DNA of 64,000 nt, taken from the NCBI GenBank assembly GCA_963745835.1, contig CAVUZH010000014.1, positions 256,001 to 320,000 on the forward strand. Reading direction: 5' to 3'. Position numbers and translations under genes: made by a program. Shown piece by piece: positions 56,256 through 64,000 of this stretch. The DNA is from an uncultured delta proteobacterium. GTDB taxonomy: Bacteria > Desulfobacterota > Binatia > UBA9968. The notes under the pieces were generated by a model. It did not search any database and had not been told where the DNA came from. It was given only the letters and a program-made list of their open reading frames with translations. Positions within the stretch are counted from its first letter, which is position 1, and every line of letters starts with the position of its first letter.

Positions 56256-57215
56256 TTAATGGTCGCTTCCGATCTGCAAAACGATCTTTCCTCTTCCGTG
56301 ATGTGAATCGAGGCGGTCATGGGCCTTACCGACCTCCTGCAGACGAAGCACCGTGTCGATGACGGCACGAACCTGCTTTCTTTCAAATAGTGGCCGCATC
56401 TCCTCCAAGCGCCGGCGCTCGCGCATCAAGAAGGTGCCGTGCAACGTGATGTTTTTCTGATAAAGCAGAGACAGATCACCTTGCGGCGGCAAGACACAGG
56501 CGACCCGACCGAACGGTCGGACCGCAGGCAAACAACGGGCTACAATATCGATTCCTTCAATGTCAAATGCGGCATCTGCGCCATAGCCATAGGTTTCCCG
56601 AAGCGTCATCTCGGCCGCATCATCTTTGCGATAATCAATGGTCACGTCAGCGCCCAACTCTCTTAGAAAGTTTTGATTGTCAGCGCTCGCGCTGGCCAGA
56701 ACTCTCGCCCCTGCGGCTTTGGCAAATTGAACTGCAAAGGAACCGACCCCTCCCGCGCCGCCATGAATCAGAATGGTTTCGCCGGGCCGAACCGCTAACC
56801 TGCGGACTACCGCCTCCCAAGCCGTCCCCCCGGCAAGCGGAATCGCACTGGCTTCGACAAATGACAAACCGGTCGGTTTGCGCGCGACGATCGCAGCGGA
56901 TGCGACATTGTAATCGGCGTAACTCCCATGTGGGTTGCCAATGATTTCCGGAGTGTAGTAGACCTCGTCGCCTATTTTGAAATCGCTTATGCCGTGTCCA
57001 ACCTCTTCCACGATGCCGGCAACGTCATAGCCTAGAATCACGGGCGGATCTAATTTGGCCCAACCACCATCCGCTCGCAGCTTTGCGTCAACGGGATTGA
57101 CCGCCGAAGCTACAACACGGACCAGAACTTCGCCACAGCCGGGTTCAGGGCGCTCTAATTCGTGCATTTCAAACAGATTCGATCCCCCGAACCGTGGCAG
57201 AACCATTGCGCGCAT
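56256..57215 (-). CDS. MDR-family NAD(P)H oxidoreductase (quinone reductase-like)
   Basis: AVNPVD, ILGYDVAG, ILIHGGAGGVGSFAVQ, GRGKIVL. Start moved to ATG 57215. Confidence 0.9.
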   Translation of the reverse strand: MRAMVLPRFGGSNLFEMHELERPEPGCGEVLVRVVASAVNPVDAKLRADGGWAKLDPPVILGYDVAGIVEEVGHGISDFKIGDEVYYTPEIIGNPHGSYADYNVASAAIVARKPTGLSFVEASAIPLAGGTAWEAVVRRLAVRPGETILIHGGAGGVGSFAVQFAKAAGARVLASASADNQNFLRELGADVTIDYRKDDAAEMTLRETYGYGADAAFDIEGIDIVARCLPAVRPFGRVACVLPPQGDLSLLYQKNITLHGTFLMRERRRLEEMRPLFERKQVRAVIDTVLRLQEVGKAHDRLDSHHGRGKIVLQIGSDH

Positions 57216-57305
57216 GTTCGATCCTTTCAATTGAAGGCGTTGCGAAGCCGATGAACGATGCTTGCTAAAACTGGAGTTGTCTTAATTATAGCAAGAGCAA
57301 TTAGC

Positions 57306-57320
57306 GCAATCGATGTACCA
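57306..57320 (-). promoter_or_regulatory. sigma54-like promoter
   Basis: Minus strand TGGTACATCGATTGC (one deviation from TGGCA). Confidence 0.5.
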
Positions 57321-57488
57321 TGCAGCTCAACACGGAGTGCGACCTATTCTTTAGCAATGATTCATCGTCCCAAGGATCTCAATATCGAGACACGACGGGG
57401 CAGTCCTTATCATGTATGGAATCGACGTATTCGCATCAAACGAATCACCACTGCGCGCTTGGTCTATGCTCGTTTAGATAGGTACCCA

Positions 57489-57503
57489 TGGCATGCACGT
57501 TGC
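57489..57503 (+). promoter_or_regulatory. sigma54 promoter
   Basis: TGGCATGCACGTTGC, 29 nt upstream of the cytochrome c start. Confidence 0.72.
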
Positions 57504-57531
57504 TCAGTCATTGATATAAGGAGGAGGGTAG

Positions 57532-57957
57532 GTGACGAAAATATTTCTAACTTTAGCGTTTAGCTTGATGACTTGGTGGCTGGCAACCGCCGCTGACCGC
57601 AACAACAAGGCCGGCAACATCGAGGATGGAATCTCCCGCGGGAAATACCTCGTCGAGCGGGTGGCGATGTGCATTCAGTGTCACACGCCTCGTAATCAGA
57701 CGGGGGAGTTGCTTGAAACCCGATATCTACAGGGCGGGCCGGTTCCGGTTTCAGCGCCGCCCAACTTCAGGATCGATTGGGCGTATAAGGCTCCAGCGAT
57801 AGCCGGACTACCCGGCTATACGATTCAAGATGGTATCAAATTATTAACTGAAGGAATTACACCGGACGGGAGAGTCCCCAAAGCCCCTATGCCCAGGTTT
57901 CGATTAACGCGAGCCGACGCTGAAGCTATCGTCACCTATTTGAAATCGCTTTCCTAA
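57532..57957 (+). CDS. Monoheme cytochrome c
   Basis: Signal peptide, RGKYLV..CIQCHTP, PMPRF distal Met, AIVTYLKSL; AGGAGG RBS, GTG start. Confidence 0.9.
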   Translation: MTKIFLTLAFSLMTWWLATAADRNNKAGNIEDGISRGKYLVERVAMCIQCHTPRNQTGELLETRYLQGGPVPVSAPPNFRIDWAYKAPAIAGLPGYTIQDGIKLLTEGITPDGRVPKAPMPRFRLTRADAEAIVTYLKSLS

Positions 57958-58270
57958 ACATATCCCGTTCCTGTCGTGTGTCTACTCTTATACATTCCCG
58001 TATTAGAAAAGGCAGCGCGATTCGAGATCGGCGTCCGACTTTCGTTGAAAATTTCGCGGTTAATCGACATGTGCACCCATACCAGCGGGAACACCGGCTA
58101 CCTGGTTCGCCCAGATTAAACGGCGAGATCGCGGTATTTGACTATAAACCGGCTACGATCGGCGAGTTCGTGTTTAAAGCCAGAGGCCGGCGGATTAAAC
58201 CGGTAAGTGGTCGCCGACACCTTGTGGTGAGCAGAGGGTTTTCCGGAATAGTCCAATGCGCGGGATCGTT

Positions 58271-58504
58271 CTAGCTACGCCCGGGCAGCTGCTGTACCAT
58301 CAAGCCGAGTTCGGCGGTCTCGAGTCCGATCCTTCGCGCTTCCAAATAACAAGCATGGCATACCACCATGTCGAGTAGCCTCATGCCATCCTCTTCGCTT
58401 AGTACGCGATAAGCATTGCCCGTCAGAGGCCCTTCACAATGGTCACAGAGTATTTCGTTCACGGATAATCGCTCGCTTGTGATATCCCACAGTTGGGAAG
58501 TCAT
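58271..58504 (-). CDS. Small putative zinc-finger protein
   Basis: CDHC...CHAC pair in 77 aa. Confidence 0.55.
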   Translation of the reverse strand: MTSQLWDITSERLSVNEILCDHCEGPLTGNAYRVLSEEDGMRLLDMVVCHACYLEARRIGLETAELGLMVQQLPGRS

Positions 58505-58659
58505 GCATGAATACTAGGAAGCAATTGGTCCTCCACTAGTGACGTGCTTGTTTCAAAATCCTAGAGAGACTTTAGTAATTACATTGACGCAACTAACGTT
58601 GATCTCATTCCTGCAATATCAATGATTCGTAATGAGGCTAACCAACGATCAAGGATCAG

Positions 58660-58923
58660 TCACGTCTCAACGCCTGTATCAGCAGTTTTAGCCTTACCGG
58701 CATTCTCCCGAAGTCTATTGTCAACCCATTTTTTCGCTTCTTGGATGATATGGGTTTCGGCGCGCTTCTGGGTTTTGAACGTGTCCTTCGGACCGGTGAT
58801 GAGAACGTCACGAAAGGTTATGTGTTGGTTGAATTGGATATGCGCTCTTACATTCCAGAAGCGCGACTCAGAGTCAAAGTCAGCTTTTACAAGAATCAGG
58901 TGATTGCGGTAACGTGCGGCCAT
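58660..58923 (-). CDS. Small hypothetical protein
   Basis: AAAGGA RBS; beta-beta-alpha-like pattern (FKTQKRAETHIIQEAKKWVD). Confidence 0.6.
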   Translation of the reverse strand: MAARYRNHLILVKADFDSESRFWNVRAHIQFNQHITFRDVLITGPKDTFKTQKRAETHIIQEAKKWVDNRLRENAGKAKTADTGVET

Positions 58924-59240
58924 GCTTATCCTTTCGTGATCGCTCGTGGCTAGAATAGCTTCTATCTACACTATTAGCTACTTCCCGGCTACAGAAAAGC
59001 AGAACGTACAAACCCTAATAATGTGAAAACCCAATGAGCCAATGACTTGCCACGATAAACACGGCGGACTTGCTCTAGTGTTGATGGACGCCATAGCCAT
59101 CTGCTTATCCCCGTATCAAGCTTATCGACGTATAAACCCGATAAATCCGTTCTACCAGCGTGAGCAGGCGAGATTGCCGCTTGGCGGCCGCAGGAGGAGT
59201 GCCTGCTGCTCGAAATACTAACAATAGAGCGCTACAAAGC

Positions 59241-59256
59241 AGGCACAAAGGTTGCA
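59241..59256 (+). promoter_or_regulatory. sigma54 promoter candidate
   Basis: AGGCACAAAGGTTGCA, about 220 nt upstream of the ATPase start at 59476. Confidence 0.55.
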
Positions 59257-59475
59257 CCCCTGTAACCTTGCTCAGTGTCTCTAGACGCAATAAAGAGACT
59301 GCAATCCGGTTCGTACATCGGAGTCGTTCTGTGCTCAGTGCCAGCCGACGTCTGCTTTGTATTCTGGTTCAGCGGTCCTGATTGACGTAGGCCCCAGTAG
59401 AGGCCGAGCTGAGTTGTTCCATTAGGAGATTTCAACGAGAAGCATCGGTCATCGCTAATCACCTAAGCTAACGGC

Positions 59476-61134
59476 ATGTACGAACAGCACTTTGGATTTC
59501 GCGAATCGCCCTTCAGCATAACTCCTGATCCACGATTTTTTTACGCCAATTCCGTTTATCTGGAGGCGTATGCAAACCTTCGCTATGGTATCGAAGCAAA
59601 AAAGGGGTTCATTGCGGTTACCGGGGAGGTAGGAACCGGAAAAACAACGCTGTTACGTAAGCTGATGCTCAGCTTAGACAAGACGATCCAGACGGTGCTG
59701 GTTTTCAATACTGATGTTACTTTCAATGAGCTGCTCCGGGTAATTTCGCGTGAGCTCGGCTTACAAACGGCCGGAAAAGACCGGCTTGGCATGATAGAGG
59801 CACTAAACGACTATCTGATCGAACAACTTGAGCATGGCCGAACCGTCTGCATGCTCATAGATGAAGTTCAGAATTTGAGCGACGAATCGTTGGAGGGATT
59901 GCGGCTGCTGTCGAATCTCGAAACAGATCGCCAAAAGCTTCTTCAGATCGTCCTAATGGGTCAACCTGAACTTCAGGCCAAACTCGATCAGTCACACCTG
60001 AGGCAGCTCAAACAGCGAATCGCAATTCGGTCGGAACTCGCTCGGTTGCGAGATGACGAGGTAGGTTCTTACATCAATTTTCGGATCCGGGTGGCCGGCT
60101 GTGACAATCCTGAGCTATTCCACAGTGACGCCGTTGAGAAAATTGCGTTCTATTCAAAGGGCATTCCACGGCTAATCAATGTAATTTGTGATAATGCTTT
60201 AGTGATAGCGTTTGCTGGTTCGGAGAAATATGTTTCTCCAGAGGTTATCGGCGAAGTGGTTCGCGATCTACGGATCGCCCCGGAGAACCAGCTTATCGAT
60301 GACCAAACCAACCAGCTTATCCCTAACCAAACCGACCGCGCCCGGGGCGTTGCAGAACCAGCTGCGAGCGCCGAAATACCCTCGAGCGAAACGACAGTTC
60401 CGATCTCCAAGCGCAAGCCGATAGGTACGTTAGCAGCCGCTGCCGCCGCTTCTTTAGCGATCGCCATCCTACTCGGATTTGCTTCCTTCACCGATCCTGG
60501 AAAGTTTTTCACAGGCGCTAGTGAGTCTCTAAACGGATATCAGAAAAATTTAGCCGAGTGGGCTTTACTGGTAACCGGCCAACATGCCAACCAGCCTAAA
60601 AGGATGAACGTGAAAATAGCCGATACGCGACAGCAAACCGCCGAAATTAGTGGCAAATCGAATGATCATCGGCTAACGATTCAAAACGGCTCGACGGTTT
60701 TTCAAATCGCCACTGACGCATATGGCAGTAGGAGCGCGATACTGGGTATTGACCTTATTAAAGAGTTCAACCCGGACATTGCCAATCTAAACTGGATTAA
60801 TGCCGGACAGGACCTTTTACTACCTGCGCTGAATGAGGAAACATTGTTGCGTCAGCAGCCGGACGGTTCTTTCCGTCTCATCGTGGCATCGTTTCTGTCC
60901 CGCAGAGAAGCCGAGGAATTCGCTGAGCGGATTGTGCGGGATGGTTTTCCAGTGGTCGTCACAGTTCGACCGGTCTCGAATAACCTGGTGTTGCACCGGC
61001 TCGAGATAAATGGATTGAAGAATCGCGAAGACGCTAAGCAACCCATCCAGATCGGCTTCACAAACCGTTGGCTACGATTCACTCCAACACCGACAATCGA
61101 AACTCAAGCAAATCAAACAATATCGGGCTATTAG
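59476..61134 (+). CDS. ExeA/GspA-like AAA ATPase + TM + LysM-like and SPOR-like domains
   Basis: GEVGTGKTT, LIDEVQ; LysM-like TIQNGSTVFQIA..YG...NPDIANLNWINAGQDLLLP; SPOR-like LIVASFLSRREAE...GF...KNREDA. Confidence 0.86.
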   Translation: MYEQHFGFRESPFSITPDPRFFYANSVYLEAYANLRYGIEAKKGFIAVTGEVGTGKTTLLRKLMLSLDKTIQTVLVFNTDVTFNELLRVISRELGLQTAGKDRLGMIEALNDYLIEQLEHGRTVCMLIDEVQNLSDESLEGLRLLSNLETDRQKLLQIVLMGQPELQAKLDQSHLRQLKQRIAIRSELARLRDDEVGSYINFRIRVAGCDNPELFHSDAVEKIAFYSKGIPRLINVICDNALVIAFAGSEKYVSPEVIGEVVRDLRIAPENQLIDDQTNQLIPNQTDRARGVAEPAASAEIPSSETTVPISKRKPIGTLAAAAAASLAIAILLGFASFTDPGKFFTGASESLNGYQKNLAEWALLVTGQHANQPKRMNVKIADTRQQTAEISGKSNDHRLTIQNGSTVFQIATDAYGSRSAILGIDLIKEFNPDIANLNWINAGQDLLLPALNEETLLRQQPDGSFRLIVASFLSRREAEEFAERIVRDGFPVVVTVRPVSNNLVLHRLEINGLKNREDAKQPIQIGFTNRWLRFTPTPTIETQANQTISGY

Positions 61135-61684
61135 CCTGCGGCTGCCGAGGATTCTCCGTAGCCACCCTTCTCGCCAATCACCCAGTTCTGTCACATCCCC
61201 AGGGTTCTAAACCACAAAACACGAACCACCTCTCAACGATCATCCTGGTTGCCTCAATACCTCGTAGCTGTGCTTCCACGCACGGTATTAACACACCGAC
61301 ATGAATCCGGCATAACGGCGAGTTGCTGATCGCCGATGCTCATCAATTGTTACGAGTGAGTCCAGGTAGACGCTGAGGCGTTTGAACTGTGGGCCTACTG
61401 CACCTGCATGCACCTCGGGCTTTTGAATCTCAGGTGAAGGCTCCCAAAAACATTCTTGACAACCGTCGCAACAGTGTGCGAACAATGTCTTGCTGTTTTA
61501 TTACGACCCCGATTGCGCCGAGATTATAAAATGATATTAAACCTCTAAGCCGACGAAGAGAGCATTCGCTTGTCGATCGGCGAGCAGATCGCTGAAAAAT
61601 GTTAGCGCAGCTCCGATTATCAGTATAAAGGCCCTGAGCGCTTAGGTCTTAAAGTCACCGTACCGGATTGGCATCGGCCTTTTT

Positions 61685-63196
61685 ATGTACAACGAACACT
61701 TTGGCTTCCTAGCGCCACCGTTTAGCGCCACGCCGGATTCACGAATATTTTACGATAACGAATTGTATCGCGAGGCCTTTGCCAATCTGCGTTACGGCAT
61801 TGAATGGAGAAAAGGTTTAATCCTGCTGACCGGCGACGTCGGCACAGGAAAGACCACCCTGCTCGATAAGATCATTCGCGATTTGGGCTCGACCATTCAG
61901 GTTATCTTCATCTCTTACGATCAACTCAATTCAACCGAGCTGATCCAGCTAGTTTCCCGTGAGCTAGGCCTGGTGGGCGATCCTCAGGACCGGGTTTCGA
62001 GCATTGAGCAGCTTCGCCACTACTTGATCGCACAGTTTCGCAAGTGCCGCATCGTTGCGCTACTCATCGATGAAGCGCAGAACTTGAGCGATGAGACATT
62101 CGAATCGATTCGTTTTCTTTCAAACTTTCAATATGGCGGCGAAAAATTACTACAGATCGTATTGACCGGCCAACCTGAGCTTCAAATCCGACTGAAACAC
62201 CCCAAGCTACACCACCTCAAGCAACGCATCGTCATTCACAGCCGTCTTACTCCTCTCACCAATGACGAGGTCAGTCGTTATATTAGCTTCAGAGTTCGTG
62301 GCGCAGGATTTCGCGGTAAAGATTTATTCGATGCGGAGGTACTTGCAGATGTCAGCTTGTTTTCCGGCGGTATTCCTCGATTGATTAACATTATCTCCGA
62401 TAACGCACTACTTCTTGCCTATGCCGACGGCAAGAAAACAGTCACCACCGAAATAGTTCAAGAGGTTGCCCGCGACCTTGGATTAGCGAATCGTCCCGAG
62501 CCAAACCGTGGCGCTGCTTTCACGGCACCGGACATACGCCACTTCACCCTTCAAACCACCCCGGCTACATCGTCCAGTCATACCGCTGTTATCCAACCGC
62601 CACGGCGCAGAAGTTTAGCATGGGTACCCATGGGCTTAGTCCTGGCTTTGCTTGCCCTTGGTGGTGCCGGCGGAGCCTTGTATTCTCAGCAGATTAAAGG
62701 GTATCTCGGGCAAGTGCCGCCCCCCGACAATCGTGCGGCGGCAACGCTTGCTGAATATCAAAATCGTCCAGTGAGGTCTCGAACCAGCGAGCCAGAGCTT
62801 GCTTTGGCCCTGCGCGAAGGTGTAACCGTGGTGCGCGCGAAGCCGGAGGATCTTCCGAAAGATCATGCTGCACCGTCCTCGGCCCCCAACTCCGAGCAAC
62901 CCCCACCACAAGAAAGCTCGCCCAAGAAGAGAGATTCGCGTTTGGGAACCTTTGAAGTTGTTGGACAATCATCGTTTGTCCGCGGTAGCCCTCGGGCAGA
63001 CGCCAAGATTATAGCTACGCTCGAACCGTCGACACGGATAAAGGTAGTCAGCGCCAAAGGAGACTATCTTCAGGTACAGACGGTTTTCGAAGGCAAGACA
63101 ATTCGCGGTTATGTTCATCGCGAAGATGCTTTTTTTGAACGGCCAACCAAAGATAAGCGGCCACCGAATGGGAATGTCGTTTCCGGTGTGAATTAA
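61685..63196 (+). CDS. ExeA/GspA-like AAA ATPase + TM + bacterial SH3-like domain
   Basis: GDVGTGKTT, LIDEAQ; SH3b-like FVRGSPRADAKIIATL..STRIKVV...DYLQV...GYVH. Confidence 0.86.
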   Translation: MYNEHFGFLAPPFSATPDSRIFYDNELYREAFANLRYGIEWRKGLILLTGDVGTGKTTLLDKIIRDLGSTIQVIFISYDQLNSTELIQLVSRELGLVGDPQDRVSSIEQLRHYLIAQFRKCRIVALLIDEAQNLSDETFESIRFLSNFQYGGEKLLQIVLTGQPELQIRLKHPKLHHLKQRIVIHSRLTPLTNDEVSRYISFRVRGAGFRGKDLFDAEVLADVSLFSGGIPRLINIISDNALLLAYADGKKTVTTEIVQEVARDLGLANRPEPNRGAAFTAPDIRHFTLQTTPATSSSHTAVIQPPRRRSLAWVPMGLVLALLALGGAGGALYSQQIKGYLGQVPPPDNRAAATLAEYQNRPVRSRTSEPELALALREGVTVVRAKPEDLPKDHAAPSSAPNSEQPPPQESSPKKRDSRLGTFEVVGQSSFVRGSPRADAKIIATLEPSTRIKVVSAKGDYLQVQTVFEGKTIRGYVHREDAFFERPTKDKRPPNGNVVSGVN

Positions 63197-63330
63197 GACC
63201 ATCCTAACGCGCCTGTTCACCGATCACAGGATTAACAAATACCCACTGTTAACGCACCACCAGTTCGATCGAACCTTTACGAATACGGATCTGCCCAACT
63301 TGACGTTTTTGTCCTTCGTACCTGTTGAGC

Positions 63331-64000
63331 TCACTTGTCCGCGACTGGACTCATAAACGTCTTAAAGAGCCGGACCGCCAGGTCTGGGCTATCCTCACCA
63401 AGCAACCCAACCGCATAGAGAATATAGGAGGTATCCAAATAGACCTGCGGGCGCTCCGGACGGAGGACTGTCGCATCCAGCTGCCCTTTCCCGGAACCGC
63501 GCAGGATCATTGAACCATAAGGGTTGTGTACGAATACGCCGCCAGTTGCGATGAGCCGTGGCGTATTGCGCAAGTCTTTGCCGTAGTGTACCCAGGCCTC
63601 ACCCGCGGAAGTCACAATCCTTTCTCGTTTGCCCACATGACGCTCCACAGCAATATCTACGGCGAGGCGCGCCAATACAGCGTCGGCAACCGTGTGCCAC
63701 TTTTCCTCGGGAATACGAGCGGTTTTTTCGCTAATCTCGTTGATGTAGCGGCCGATCTGATCGCGCGAGACTTGTAACTGAGGAAACATTGAACGCCATT
63801 CCGCACCGAAGCGATCCGGACCGACCTGCTCCAGAAGAGTGGCGGCGTTAAAACGAATGCCCAGATCTCCTTCCACGGTTCTCTTGGCGTACGGCTCCGG
63901 GAGTCCTTGGGTTATCACATTTTCGCCGGCGGGATAGCCGTAGCCGATCGAGTGCACATCCGTGGTCGCGCCACCTACGTCAACCACGACCATCTCGCCA
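63331..64000 (-). CDS. glmL: Glutamate/methylaspartate mutase accessory (reactivase) protein, 3' part; the start lies beyond the window
   Basis: VVDVGGATTDVHS, GLPEPYAKRTVEGDLGIR, AVERHVG, GKDL....LIATGG, YILYAVGLL. Confidence 0.85.
   Translation of the reverse strand, partial: GEMVVVDVGGATTDVHSIGYGYPAGENVITQGLPEPYAKRTVEGDLGIRFNAATLLEQVGPDRFGAEWRSMFPQLQVSRDQIGRYINEISEKTARIPEEKWHTVADAVLARLAVDIAVERHVGKRERIVTSAGEAWVHYGKDLRNTPRLIATGGVFVHNPYGSMILRGSGKGQLDATVLRPERPQVYLDTSYILYAVGLLGEDSPDLAVRLFKTFMSPVADK

Noticed and set aside
61288-61485. 65-aa ORF starting with CCDGCQEC
   Set aside because: TTG start, no RBS, and the Cys run is the reverse of a TTGACA-containing promoter-like tract.

Overview
Bacterial chromosomal window of about 56 genes, with no rRNA, tRNA or CRISPR array seen. 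The gene content (many stand-alone NMT1/TauA-type solute-binding proteins, amidohydrolases, paired MFS transporters, sigma54 promoters) resembles Ca. Binatia/Deltaproteobacteria; that placement is inference only. The clearest discovery is a complete IS110-family bridge-recombinase element (17456-18957) that can be decoded by eye. It has CT cores at both ends and a sigma70 promoter (TTGACA-N17-TATATT) that forms only on the excised circle. Its ~180-nt left-end RNA has two internal loops carrying guides that match its own target and donor junctions. The target is a ~120-bp palindromic MITE/REP-like repeat with two more decayed copies in the window. An IS256 element with an 8-bp TSD sits next to it. 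Other notable items: three SAM methyltransferases with Tat-like export signals; three orphan ExeA-type AAA ATPases with swapped envelope-binding domains (BON, LysM+SPOR, SH3); a strand-specific GTTCMA tandem motif just after four stop codons; a sigma54-promoter-rich stress/envelope region (mdoGH, MscS, cytochrome c); an F420-oxidoreductase-NfeD fusion; and a frameshifted monooxygenase remnant. All calls come from motif reading by eye; no searches were run.
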